Part shown: positions 26,207-39,030 of the stretch, one piece after another
How positions within the stretch are numbered: the stretch's first letter is position 1
Layout: each line of letters begins with the position of its first letter
DNA from: Priapulus caudatus
Taxonomy: Eukaryota
DNA length: 64,000 bases
Assembly (NCBI RefSeq): GCF_000485595.1
Contig: NW_014577076.1
Coordinates: 1,168,633 to 1,232,632 of the forward strand
Direction of reading: 5' to 3'
Notes under the pieces: model-generated
Told to the model about the DNA's origin: nothing
The model's database searches: none
The model's input: the letters and a program-made list of their open reading frames with translations, nothing else
Program-made: the position numbers and the translations under genes

Positions 26207-27336
26207 GAAAGTGTCAATGACACTGTAGCTCACCACAAAAACGGACACAAATGAGTGAGTGAGAAGAAGTCAGTTTTAATTGAGCAACCATCGACGTACA
26301 TTATAGAAACGAAGAGTATATATGGGAGAACTCCCATTATATACTCTTGATAATTATGTGTAATTTTTTTATGTGAAAATTAATGTTTGAGATGTGAAAG
26401 TCTGAGATGTGGGCGAGTGATGGCGTTACACCTAAATGATCGCCATTTAATGTTTTTATAATATTCAGATTTAGGCACTGCCTAAAAGCGGAGCTCCCGA
26501 TGTGTAACGTGTAAGATTGAGAAGATACGCTTATTCCACGTAGCTGCTATATACCACGTGACAATGGTGTTTCCCTGCCCATAACACAACTTTTGTCAAA
26601 GGTTAATTGGTTGCGTGGAAGTGTTTACTTCATATGAGTTTTTCTAGGCAGTAGCACACGGTTGCCATCTGTATATCGCAATAATAATTTATAAACCAAA
26701 ATGAATCACAATTTGTGACGGTAGATGGCGCTATACCCGCTTTGATGTTTCTTAGCGATGGCGTTCGAAATAAACAGGTTATGCTGCGTTCCGACATGTT
26801 TTGTAAAACTTTACTCTAATATAGACGTTTTATCGGCAGGGTGGAAAGGAAATACCAATTTTGCATTAAAGATATTGTCAATGAAATCTTGTAAAACGAA
26901 CCAGACGAGTGTGACACCACAAGACTGTTATCTGCCTGTCTATATAATATGCTATATAATTGCCAAAACCTACCTAATTTGCATAATTTTTTTTTTAAAT
27001 ATCAAAACCCTTGTAATACGTTTTGGGGCCAGCCCTTATTCATTCACATACCAAAAATGAGCAAAATCCGTTGAACCTGAACTGACTAATGGCAATTTCC
27101 ATTTTTGCCAAAAAAAAGCCGTGGCTCGAAAGTACGTCGGCTGGCGTGCTCCAAAATAGGACGTTCAAACCTCTCCCATAGCAGTAACAACCATACCCAA
27201 TTTCAAACATGTGGGTCAAACGGTTCCTGAGTTATCGTTGACCGTAACCAAATGTTGACGGAAGGACGGACGGACGTACGACGGACGACGACCCATGGCA
27301 ATAGCTCATCTTGAGGATGTCAAGGTGAGCTAAAAA
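26207..27336 (-). mobile_element. Helentron-associated (HINE/DINE-1-like) element
   Basis: Minus-strand 5' end tttttagctcaccttg...agatgagcta followed by (CGTC)n; 3' ggtgagcta plus hairpin agtgtcattgacact. Strong similarity to 54326-55300 and 56590-56944. Confidence 0.7.
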
Positions 27337-27857
27337 TGTGTTACACCATCGAGATGCATGAGTTACGTATCTACGCCCTAAGCTTATATAGAAACAAATA
27401 GCTTTCAATAGCTTGTGCATACTATACCTTCATGAAGTGCATGAATATTTATATTACACTTTATAAATAATTAAAATGATTGAGTCAATGAATATTTATA
27501 AACTACTTACAGACCAGTTACACTTATTTAATCATAATGAACTTGCGTCCACAGGTTCGTCTTGCAAATGAAAATCAACCCCATAGTCAAGTACTAAAAC
27601 ATCATATTAATGAATTACGAAAGTAGATTGAATGAAATATTACAGCGCATCACAAATTTTGTTGCGTAGTATCTCATTTGCATATGCACATGAGCCACAG
27701 TAGAGAGGATGTGACTGTGTAATATCTGCGGATTATCTTTTGCAGGCACGTATCCATGCATGCACGCTCATAGTCCCCCTAACACACACACACGCACGCA
27801 CGCACGCACGCACTCACGCACGCACGCACACACACACACACACACACACATGCACAC

Positions 27858-28154
27858 CTGTCCATCTGTGATGTATTTCACGTTGATCTTGAGAAACTTC
27901 TCGAGACATTCCTTGTCGAGTCTCTCCGCCTCCTCCTCACTGATGTGATGCAGCCGCTTCGTTGGCGACATCGGCTCATCCGTCTCTCCCCCCGCCGCCG
28001 CCATGGGAGGAGGAGGTGGCGGCGGGGGAGGAGGCTGGCTGTCTACGTTCACCCACTGCTCAATGAAAGCTGGCTCGTACTCAAACACCCGCTCTACGTG
28101 GCCTGGCTTCGGACTCACTGATGCCGGCGATGTCGGCGACTTGGCTTCCGGCTG
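27858..28154 (-). CDS. OXR1: OXR1/NCOA7 exon, proline-rich linker and start of GRAM-like domain
   Basis: ttttcgacag|CAG acceptor (NAGNAG) and CAG|gtgtgc donor. Encodes QPEAKSPTSPASVSPKPGHVERV...EEEAERLDKECLEKFLKINVKYITDGQ. Confidence 0.9.
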
Positions 28155-28750
28155 CTGTCGAAAACAGTGATGACGGCGGATTAGCATCAGGGCGAATTAG
28201 AATCAGGGCGAATTAGGATTAAGATAGGATTTCAATTAGGATTAGACACGGCGACGGCCGTGAGCAATATCTGAAGCAAAGTGCGTCAAACAAATTTATC
28301 ATGGCATTGTTTTTAATAACGAAATGACCCACAATAGTGCACTTTCATCACATTTCGTGGCCGTTTCATACGGGTGGCATCTGTATTATATTCGGATAGC
28401 ATTCTTAATGAGGTTATCGCAGGCGATTATAAGTAGTTCATACAGGCAGCGTGGCACACACAGCACCTTAAGAATTAAGGCACGCCATGTAAGAATTGCT
28501 AAGGGATAGCATGGCAAGCCTTAGTGATGCCCATCGCTTCACGCTGTGAGCAAAGTGCCTTCTAGATCTGAATATTTTCAAATTTTCATTAAAATTAAAT
28601 GATTATTTAAATGGTGTTAATCAGAGGTGACTACTGGGTGCAATTTTAATGCAAATGTTTTGCGATAGTTAAAATACTATTGCCGATACTATTGCAGTAA
28701 TCGAAAAATTGTGTAATATACTGTTATAATAAAACTTAAATATTCGTAGG

Positions 28751-29983
28751 GGTTCTAGGTCAAATACCCCCCGGACAATCACCCCCCGGACAATTACCCC
28801 CCGGACAATTACCCCCTGGACATTTACCACCCGAACATTTACCCCACGGACAATTACCCCCCGGACAATTACTCACTTGTTGTTTATTATTTATTGTTGA
28901 ACAGGTTGAAAAGGAGGAGGTCGAGGAGAAGGGAAGAAGGTGGTGGAGGAGAGGAGGAGAGGAGGTGGAGGAGGAGGAGGGGAAGAACGTGGGGAGGTGG
29001 TGGAGGAAGGGGAGGAGGGGAGAAGGTGGAGGAGGATGAGGTAGAGAAGGGAGGAGGTAGTGGAGGGCAAGGTGGTGGAGGGGAGAAGGTGGGGGAGGAG
29101 GAAAGGAGGAGGAGGAAAGGGAGGAGGAGGAGAGGAGGTGGAGGAGGAGGAGGGGAAGAAGGTGGGGAGAAGGTGGGGAGAAGGTGGTGGAGGAGGAGGA
29201 GGGGGAGAAGGTGGAGGAGGAGGAGAGGAGGAGAAGAGGAGGTGGAGGGAGGAGGTAGAGAAGGGTGCCATCACATTCTCCCCTCCTCCTCGTCCTCCTC
29301 CCTCAACGACCACCTGCACCTCCTCGATTCCTCCTCTCCCCCTCCTACTCCTCCTCCTCCACTACCTTCTACGTCGTCCTCTAACTCCTCCTCTAAATGT
29401 CCGGGGGGTAAATGTCAGGGGAGTAAATGTCCGGGGGGTAAATGTCCGGGGGGTAAATGGTCGGGGAGTAAATGTCCGGGGGGAAATGTCCGGAGGGTAA
29501 TTGTCCGGGGTAAATGTCTGGGGGGTAATTGTCTGGGGGGTGATTGTACGGGGGTAAATTGTCTGGGGTGAATGGCATAGGAGGTAAATGTCAATTGTCG
29601 GGCGAGGTAATTGTCGGGGGTAAATGTCCGGGGCCTTAATGTCGGGGGTAATTGTCCGGGGGTAAATGTCCGGGGGGTAATTGTCAGGGGGTAAGTTCCG
29701 GGGGGTGATTGTATGGGGGTAAATTGTCTGGGGGGTGAATGGATGGGTAAATATCCGGGGTAATTGTCCGGGGGGTAAATGTCCAGGGGGTGATTGTCCG
29801 AAGGTAATTGTCCAGGGGGTAAATGTCCAGGGGTAATTGTTCGGGGGGTGATTGTACTGGGGTAATTGTCTGGGGGGTGAATGGCATGGGGGGTAAATGT
29901 CCGGGGGGGGGGTAATTGTCCAGGCTAATTGTCCGGGGGGTGATTGTCCGGGGCATTGTCCGGGGGTGATTGTCCGTAGGCTC
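28751..29983. mobile_element. Foldback-like element with inverted arrays of ~16-bp units (ggacaattacccccc / gggggtaattgtcc) around a purine/pyrimidine core
   Basis: Left array 28765-28872, (GGA)n-rich core 28910-29260, CT-rich 29275-29392, inverted right array 29393-29975. The right terminus is degenerate. Confidence 0.7.
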
Positions 29984-30964
29984 TATCCTACTGTGTATTT
30001 GTGCACAATGGCGTGCGCGCTATAGGAATGTGTGTTTCAGCGGTGTATTGGACGGTATTGAAGTGAAGTTATTAGGTCAAATCAAACTATGAATACTGCC
30101 AGGTCTAGTACTGATAAGTTAATTATAGGCTTATTAACCATCATTTTATTATTGAAACGGCCCAAGTGCCTGTGATTCGTAGGTACGTACGTACGTTTTG
30201 GTTCACGTTAGTTACTAAACTGATATCCAATCATTCACTCACTCGTGCATTGCGAGTGAGCTAGTTGAGTGGACTATGCGTACACGACCAGGGACCAGTC
30301 TAAATATTTATAACAATGACGGACGTGTCGGTAATGGTTTCCAGGCATATTTACGTGCAAATACATCTTTAGCAGTATATATTCAAACCTGATTTTTAAA
30401 TTTTTCAACTATCGAAAACTATCGTTTGTTCAGTGAACTATTAGCGATAGTTATCGATGTTCTACTTGCCACTGATGCATTGCCATTAGGTCTAACACTT
30501 TTTCACTTCCTATTGCAATTACTAGACAGTTCGAGGCAACGTTACACTAATAGTGGTAATTGCCTCAAAACCTTCTTCCGATGCTTTCTGAATAATGATG
30601 CCAAGTGCGCAGAAATCATCGCGGGAGTGATGAGAGAGATGGCCCGAGAAGCCTTGAGGGCTCTCTGTGATGTGGCTGTGAGAGCACACATCCGACAGTC
30701 GGCAATAAATGCAATAGTTTTCCATGTTCTGCCATATCGATTCAGTCTTTTACTTCGGCTGAGTCAAACTAAATGAAAACACTAGGAGAGTGACAAGTAA
30801 TGGTGATGATACAGATCTATACGATATAACCTTGCTCAAACCACTAAATAGAAAGCTACTCTACGAACGCTATGCTGCTGGTCGTACATCAGCATGTGCA
30901 CTTCAACGGTTTCTCCTGTTAACGTTCATGATACCGCTACCTAGCCAACCAGCAACCCACTGGG

Positions 30965-31565
30965 GCAGATGGGGTCGTTGTCGTATCAGGTACTACAGAT
31001 ATGTACCCGAGGTAGTTTTAGGTTGTTTAGTATTATCAGGAGTAGCTGCCCCTTGTTTAAATTTCGGCGCAAAACGCATTGAGTTTGCTGGCAGCAGAAT
31101 GGAAAATCGTGTCGTACGTTTTAGTCTATATCTCCGGATTGGGGGTGTATACGAGGAAACGATTTCGCACGATGCTAGGCGAATGTACTGTGTACGATTT
31201 GAGCTCAAGTTGGATGAGTTATGCGTAGTAAATCGTAGGTATTATAAGGCTTTCCCATAATCGTAATCGTTCCCTTGTTTAATTTCCCTTGTTTATTGAA
31301 GTCACACTCCTTCCCTATTATCTACTCCTGGTATTATGTTTATATTTTTATATGAGGTATGTTTAGGGTTAGGGTTAGGGTTACGGTTACGGTTAGGGTT
31401 AGGGTTAGGGTTAGGGTTAGGGTTAGGGTTAGGGTTAGGGGATACTTTACACTTCTACCCACTACTGTTACACTTCTGTAGTACAAGTCTGGTACACTTT
31501 GTGTATACATATATGTACCTCGGGTACATATCTGTAGTACCTGATACGACAACGACCCCTTGAGC
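30965..31565. mobile_element. TIR MITE with 9-bp TSD and (TTAGGG)n
   Basis: Perfect ~42-bp TIR core ggggtcgttgtcgtatcaggtactacagatatgtacccgaggta. Direct repeat cccactggg at 30956-30964 and 31566-31574; TTAGGG array 31363-31440. Confidence 0.85.
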
Positions 31566-32079
31566 CCCACTGGGTTCATGCTTGCCTTAAAAGATGGCCA
31601 CTGTCCCATAAGAGACTGTATGACAACAATAACATCTGATTATTGCGCAAGTTAGGTAGTTGCAGAGTTAAGATAAGTGACTGACAAAACCATTATCACA
31701 CCGTAAGTGCAATAGTATTTTGGGAATTATCATTACCATAAACTTTAAGCCTTATTGATCAGTCCCTAACAGCATACCCTTGGGTAAGGTTACTGAACAG
31801 ACGCAGGGGACAGGTAGTGCGTATTAATACCTTGAACTACGAACAGCATATTTATATAAAGATTGCGAGGACAATTATTGGCAGAGTGATTTATGCTCTT
31901 GGTTGCCAGAGCAACCACGATGACAAGAGACATTCGATAAGCAGAGTTGAGAAGAATGTAGGCTGCTTACCCGACTCGAAACGATTCATAGAAATTTTTT
32001 TTTACTTCTTTCTCCGTAATGATTCTGACGATAGCCATGCTTAGAATAAAGCACGCGATCACATATCACTTATATATAC

Positions 32080-32193
32080 CTTGGCAGTAAAGTTGAATAC
32101 AGGACCACCTTTCTCTGGCGATGTCACAGTAGGGATTGCCTCCACTGGTGATGGAGAGGGAATGACGTAATCTGGATCTGGCACATACATAGT
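32080..32193 (-). CDS. OXR1: OXR1/NCOA7 exon completing LysM, plus linker
   Basis: Not in the ORF track. tttttccag|ACT acceptor and AAG|gtatat donor, phase 0-0. Encodes TMYVPDPDYVIPSPSPVEAIPTVTSPEKGGPVFNFTAK; GQ|TMYVPDPDY matches the family motif GQVLYVPDPEY. The donor position is less certain than the acceptor. Confidence 0.85.
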
Positions 32194-32944
32194 CTGGAAA
32201 AAAGTTATTAAATATTATCAACAATGGCAGCTACACTACAGAGGTAGCTACATCTAACTCAAGTCTAATTTAGGATCCCGGCAATACATTGTCGTCGTCA
32301 TCGTCATCATCACTATATCCCCTAACCATATTTCTTAACAGAAACCATAACCCTACTCTAATCCAACCAGGGAGCTCGATCTCTACATAAAACAATACAA
32401 TGAAATCTGCCAACCAGGTAAATATCAAACATCGCCCAGTATAATAGCCTCACACTCTCGCTCAGTACTCGAGCCTCTAAACCACCGCCAACGAGTCTCT
32501 CCACCTGTAAATTATCTGCAGGTGCATTGATGACGGAAACAGCTATGTATATCCACATGCGAAACTGCGCAATCATGTAGAAGGAGATGTCGAGGCACGA
32601 ACGCTAATGACATACAGTGTTATACACCCCACCCCGATCAGCAGCCTCCGACATATATCCACGCCGCAAGCACGCAGGCGGGGATTGCACTAGCTTCCAT
32701 CTTTTTACGGCTCATTACGCGTTCCCCTCTCCCTCACTCTCACGCTCACACTACGTTTGGCAGTTATCGGCCGTGAACGCCGGCTGTGACACACGTGCGC
32801 ACACATTTTAGGATGTGTCTGCGGAATGGACAAACAGACAGATCGCGATCATGCGGCCAACTCGTGCATTAACGAGGAAACACAAACACTAACACATGCA
32901 CGCACGCACGCACGCGCGCACAGACACGCACACGCACACGCACA

Positions 32945-33016
<72 letters not shown>

Positions 33017-33355
33017 CACACAGACACAGAGAGACACGGAACATGACAAAGTCCAAAAGAGATCCCTATGACAATACTCCATTTAGTTTACTCAACAAAG
33101 AACTGTATGGCAATACTTAGTTTTATGTGGATTATTATGGCGTTACAAACGATATGCCCCATGCGGAGATGCGATGCCTTTGCGTAGCTGTAATCAGTAG
33201 ATGTGCCCGACCCCCCTGCCCTTACACAACTAGTGAACATTTAGACACACAAGTTACACAACTAGTTACACAATTAGTGAATGTCTCGTTTCACGTAACG
33301 TCACTAAGCCGATCTAAAAAGTCACGCTACCGATTGACTTGGCATTGGATTATAT

Positions 33356-33394
33356 CAGGGGTTAATAATGACAATTTGCCATTATTAACCCCTG
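33356..33394. mobile_element. 39-bp hairpin, TIR-only mini-insertion with 7-bp TSD
   Basis: caggggttaataatgacaa-t-ttgccattattaacccctg flanked by attatat on both sides. Confidence 0.65.
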
Positions 33395-33935
33395 ATTATA
33401 TGATAGTTAGAGATTACCACGGCATGGAAAATCCCGTCAAGTATACCTCAAATAGGAGAAAAAAATACATGTTTCAGTAACCTAATGGTTAACGCCTCGA
33501 TCTTGAGTGATCCATGAACAATCACATCATTTTGCAAAGGAAATACGGAGGCCAAAGACTGGATTCAAATATGCGTGCGTCGGCGCCCGACCATCATTCC
33601 ACACGTAGTCAGCAATCAGTCAGGCATTTAGAGAACATTTTCGCTATACCTTCCTGAATGATTCATCTCCACTCCATTCAATGAGATTTTTTACAGGCAA
33701 TATAAAGTCGCCGCCAAGTAGTAGCTATGACGACTGTGTGATGATCATTTTCCGTCCAATAAAAAATTCACGCGTTTAGGAATACGGCTCGCTGTGAGGC
33801 ATGAAAGACTAGATTGTGGTTGAGAACGCTTTGTGACCAACTGCGGGATCTCGTAGAGATGGGATGACAGCATCGGTAGGGGGATGAACGGGGGTGTTGA
33901 TCACAAGCTTAGCAACAGTACGCAGCAGCTGCCAC

Positions 33936-33975
<40 letters not shown>

Positions 33976-34492
33976 CCTCCTGCCGCTGCTGCTGTCGCCA
34001 CCCCACCACCGCCGCCACTGCTACTGCTGCTGCTACTGCTACTGCTGTTACTGCGGCTATACATAATTGTTTCTGCTGCTGGTGCAACAGTTTCTGCTAC
34101 TGCTGTTGCCGGTGAAGACGATAACGGTAATGAAATGACTTTTGATGACAATGACAAATTACTGAACAAAGGTGATTTAAAAAAGTCAAAATCGACTCGA
34201 TTATTGATCTGTTGATTGGTTTGAGGATGACCACCACCATGCTACCTACAGCTCAGCTGCACAATGAACGGGAAACACTGCAACCCTGTTACCGGAACAT
34301 GAAATCCTCTCTCATGAGCTGCCTCAACTGCGGCCTCCACTTGCACACACATTCCCCAATTCACACTCACTTTAGCCCACCTTACCGATACGATAACGAC
34401 CCTTAGATCCGATGTACCATCGGGCCACACTATGACTCAATAACGTGAACATGAAATCTCTCGTGGACAGTGGTGCCATCACGCTCACTCAC

Positions 34493-34710
34493 CTGTCCAG
34501 CGAACACGGTCGTCGAGAAGAGCTTGTTGAGCTTCTTCACCTCCGAGGGAGTCGTGTCGAACTTGGCTGCGATGCTGTGTAGTGTGTCGCTGCCGGTGAC
34601 AGCGTACCTGATCGTGCCGGGCGGCTGCACAACGTTACGAATCTTCAGCTTCCTCTCCGGCGGCCGGGGCTTCACGCCGTCAGCGACGTTCTCCTTGTTC
34701 TCCTTCGTGT
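34493..34710 (-). CDS. OXR1: OXR1/NCOA7 exon encoding the LysM domain
   Basis: ttacag|AC acceptor and CAG|gtgagt donor. Translation (D)TKENKENVADGVKPRPPERKLKIRNVVQPPGTIRYAVTGSDTLHSIAAKFDTTPSEVKKLNKLFSTTVFAGQ resembles the OXR1 LysM (…DSLNSIALKFDTTPNELVQLNKLF…). Confidence 0.93.
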
Positions 34711-36174
34711 CTGTAATTGAGAAGAGAGGCACAGATGGTGAGAGACGCATATTGCTAGATATATGTTAATCGATGTATTATTAATTATTATTATCAGAAG
34801 TACATCTAATGTGTGCTGTTTTGCACTGCAACAGATTAGGCCAGAGATGATGTAAAATATGTATCAATAGATATGTTAATAGATATATTAATATTGCCAC
34901 GAGGACATCAATGGTAATGATGTCGCTGTCTTGAATATTAATATATTAACAGATATATAAATAGATTATTATATATATTTGTATACGTATCAACGTATTA
35001 ACGTATCATCAGGAAATCACTTAATGCCATGATAGAGTAGCATAGCTACGAGGAAAAGGAACAAACGTCAGTCAGGATAGAAAAAATGAAAATTTTGTTA
35101 CAAGACATTTGAGGTAAGTATAACCTGCTTGTTGCTAATATGTTATAGGAAACATTTCTAGTGGCAAGCTAAATATGCTTGACTCTGATTATATCAACTG
35201 AACACAACACCTCACAGACATATTGTAGCATTATGAGAATGACTATAAATATCACATATGCAACAGCGCTTGATAGAATGACACGGACAACACCGTGTGT
35301 TGTTGATAAAAATTCAGTAACCATTCGTACGCGTTCCTGTTTCCAACGCTCTACCTCGTTATTTCAGTTTGATTTAATATCACGGTTGAATGCCGTTTCC
35401 CATTTCAGGCCCCTTGGTTTTTGCTATGAGAAAACACGGTTGCGTGCAGATAAACAGCCTCAAAACACAAACCGACAGCGGCAACGTTTTTCACCGCAAC
35501 ACCATGAGAAGAAAAAAAGATAAATGAGTCAGAGTGCTTTTTGAAGTCCAGTCTTAATTATGCACGTAGGGCTTCACTCACAAGTGCTAAACAATACATA
35601 ACACATGGCCAGCTGCAACCCCTGCGGTGAAATAAAGCGATTCATGAACGTTCACGAACGCTTATTGTGTAAACAGCCGGATATATTTTCTGGGAGTTGG
35701 GTGATCTGGGCTTCCCTTCACTGGGGCTGTCTGCTTTGCATTCGACCTACATATTCTAGAAGTCAATATATAGTCTATATAGTCTATAAACCTTACCCGT
35801 ATAGAACGTAAGCATATAGAAAGTGAGGTGTGTGGCAATGTCAGCCGAGCTGAGCTTACAGTTAGCAGATCTGCAGATTAGTCTTTGTACAGCGGTAGAG
35901 GTGTCTTGTGTGAGGGTGGGTGCTCACATTTATGGAAAGAAATTACTAATAATAATGATAGTATATAGATAACAGCGTGCATGAAGTATGCGTAGATACA
36001 TGAATGTGCATGTGGCGGAGTTTAATGTATAGTATGTCATGGTATTTATTGCTGACTATTAATTAGTTCGTGGCAATCCTGTGTGGGTTACGAACAAGCG
36101 CGTACGAAGCTGCGGAAACTCATATTGTTAGCAAGTCACGCGTTATTGTGTTTACCCCGAGATACCCCCCCCCC

Positions 36175-36396
36175 CGCCACCACGGCCACAACCACCGCCG
36201 CTACCACGGCCACAACCACTGCCGCCACCACGGCCACAACCACCGCCGCCACCACGGTCACAACCACTGCCGCCACCACGGCCACAACCACCGCCGCCAC
36301 CACGGCCACAACCACTGCCGCCACCACGGCCACAACCACCGCCGCCACCACGGTCACAACCACTGCCGCCACCACGGCCACAACCACTGCCGCCAC
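36175..36396. repeat. 21-bp minisatellite (cgccaccacggccacaaccay-type unit)
   Basis: About 10 tandem units. It generates the spurious HHGHNH and TTAAT ORFs. Confidence 0.9.
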
Positions 36397-36456
36397 CCAG
36401 CATACAACACAACACACTATTACATTGCGCACGGCGCATGTTCGCGCTGTCTCCAC

Positions 36457-37196
36457 GGTTTATTCCCATTCCGCCATTTTCCCACTTCGCCATTAAAAAT
36501 TCCCACTTCGCCATTTGCCATTTCGCCATTTCCAACTTCGCCATTTTCCCATTTCGCCAGTTTCCCACTTCGCCAGTTTCCCATTTCGCCAGTTTCCCGT
36601 TTCGCCAGTTTCCCATTCCGCCATTTCGTCCTATCTCACCGACCACCCCCTTGTTCGAAATTGATCCTTCCATTCTTAAAAAAGAGTCATTTCTAGGGTT
36701 AGGGTTAGGGCTAGGTTTAGGGTTATAGGGTTAGGGCTAGGTTTAGGGTTATNNNNNNNNNNAAACATATGGATCATGTACAGGCACCTTAACCCTAACC
36801 CTAACCCTAACCCTAGGCCCTAACCCTAACGCTAACCCTGTCCCTAACCCTAACCCTAGAAATGACTCTTTTTTAAGAATGGAAGGATCAATTTCGTGCA
36901 GGGGGTGGAAGCAACATAAAATATTGGCGAAATGGGAAATTGGCGAAGTGGGAAAATGGCGAAATGGGAAAATGGCGAAATGGGAAAATGGCGAAGTGGG
37001 AAAATGGCGAAATGGGAAAATGGCGAAATGGGAAAATGGCGAAGTGGGAAAATGGCGAAATGGGAAACTGGCGAAATGGGAAATGGCGAAATGGGAAATG
37101 GCGAAGTGGGAAAATGGCGAAATGGGAAACTGGCGAAATGGGAAATGGCGAAATGGGAAACTGGCGAAATGGGAAATGGCGAAATGGGAAGACACC
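36457..37196. mobile_element. GG-terminal foldback element with 8-bp TSD (Merlin-like) and inverted telomeric arrays; spans an N gap
   Basis: TSD gtctccac at 36449-36456 and 37197-37204. Inverted arrays of ttcccatttcgcca units; TTAGGG at 36693-36750 and CCCTAA at 36790-36858. Confidence 0.85.
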
Positions 37197-37377
37197 GTCT
37201 CCACATCCACAATACACACAAAAATACGCCATAAACGCTACGTCATGACGCTATTAGCGCGCGCCGCGAATGCCTTCTCGACTTAACGAGTGTCATTAGA
37301 TAATAGATGTAGATTCGTGATAGCGCCGCGCCGTGCACTGCGCGCGTACGCACGTGCGCAGCTCGACTGCATTAGAA

Positions 37378-37679
37378 AACTAGACAGAGTGCACTCACGG
37401 AGAGTGCATACCTCCGCCAGCGACATACGCCATACGCCATACGACTCACGAAATACACGAATAACCGACGATATACGCCAGCGTACTGACATGTACATGC
37501 TGGCTTGATGGCTTGAGCGAGCCGCTCGTTGCTGCTGCTCACTCACATGTACACGCTCGCTGGCTCGCTGCGCTGGCTGGCTCGCTGGCTGACACGCTAA
37601 TATCGATCGCGCGAACACACGAACACACGCACACGAGAGCCAAAACATAACCTCCTCCAACTCCGTTGGGCGGAGGTAA
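37378..37679 (-). mobile_element. Short Helentron-associated (HINE-like) element
   Basis: Minus strand reads: 5' subTIR ttacctccgcc with nearby inverted ggaggtta, tetranucleotide-like core, 3' subTIR ggcggaggta, stem-loop tgcactctccgtgagtgca, ending ctagtt. Confidence 0.7.
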
Positions 37680-38339
37680 CTATAGGCGTCGATGACTACG
37701 GAGGGGCGAGCCGTGAGTGAGCGGCCAGCACAGTACGCCTGAGAGTATCAATGCAGCCAGATTGCACTCGACGCTCGGATTCATATTCAAATGCAGAGGG
37801 TGGGCAGCAGTGGCGGGTCAGGCGGGGCGGGAGTGAGAGTTCAGGGGTCACTGGTTTCCACGGCGTGTAATATAGGCGGCCTACTAAACCGCCGACAGCA
37901 GCGCGACTCACAAAAGTATACGACTACCCTTACACTATCTCTCTCTCTCTCTCGCTCTCCCATCTCGACACATAACCCAACAAGACGACCACGTATGTAA
38001 ACGTGCCGGCTGAATAACAAATCGATGTTGTTCCACACGTTCCACGACATGCGTGCGTTCGAAATTGCGAACAATAAAAGCTTGGCGGGGAGGATTAGGA
38101 AACAACGTCGGAAAGATGCTAGGGAAAGGGAGTAGGTGCACCACTCGCCTGCTTCCCACAAGTATCACGAGCCACCGCACGCAGGTCCGTATAGCCTGTA
38201 GTAGTTGTGACGATGTTTCTGACAACAGACCACAGCTAGACTATTACATAGACTATATACATTACTATCGCACAGTAGTCGGCGTGCACGCGTGCCTACA
38301 CACACGTCACGGTGGGCAACGGATCCAGCGCTCATATTG

Positions 38340-39030
38340 TCGTTGTTCACCCACATACGTGTTGTTCACCCACGCACGCGTTGTTCACCCGCACACGCTC
38401 TGTTCACCCACACACATATTGTTCACTCGCACACACGTCCTTTAGCCATACACGCGTTGTTCATCCGCACACATATTGTTCACTCGCGCACACGTCCTTC
38501 AGTAATACACGCGTTGTTCACCCGTACACACATTGTTCACCCGCGCACGTCGTTTAGCCACGTACGCATTGTTCACCCACACACGCGTTGCTCACCCACG
38601 CAGACGTTATTCACCCATGCATGCGTTGTTCACCCTCACACGCGTTGTTCACCCACACGTGCGTTGTTCACCCTCACGCGCGTTGTTCACCCTCACGCGC
38701 GTTGTTCATCCTCACGCTCATTGTTCACCCTCACGCTCGTTGTTCACCCTCACGCACGTTGTTCACCCTCACGCTCATTGTTCACCTTCACACGCGTTGT
38801 TCACCCTCCTACGCATTGTTCACCCTCACGCGCGTTGTTCACCCTCACGCGCGTTGTTCACCCTCACGCTCGTTGTTCACCCTCACGCGCGTTGTTCACC
38901 CTCACGCTCATTGTTCACCCTCACGCTCGTTGTTCACCCTCACGCGCGTTGTTCACCCTCACGCGCGTTGTTCACCCTCACGCGCGTTGTTCACCCTCAC
39001 GCGCGTTGTTCGCCCGTGCACACGTTGTTC
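38340..39030. repeat. 19-bp minisatellite (gttgttcaccctcacgcgc)n
   Basis: Tandem units, degenerate at the left and homogeneous at the right. Confidence 0.9.

Noticed and set aside
32453..32503. Possible 51-nt cassette exon VERLVGGGLEARVLSES
   Set aside because: It would split the conserved LysM C-terminus (GQ|TMYVP), and its splice signals are only moderate.
36693..36858. Head-to-head (TTAGGG)n/(CCCTAA)n as a chromosome end-to-end fusion site
   Set aside because: Both arrays are symmetric parts of the inverted arms of one element bounded by an 8-bp TSD. An N gap also lies between them.
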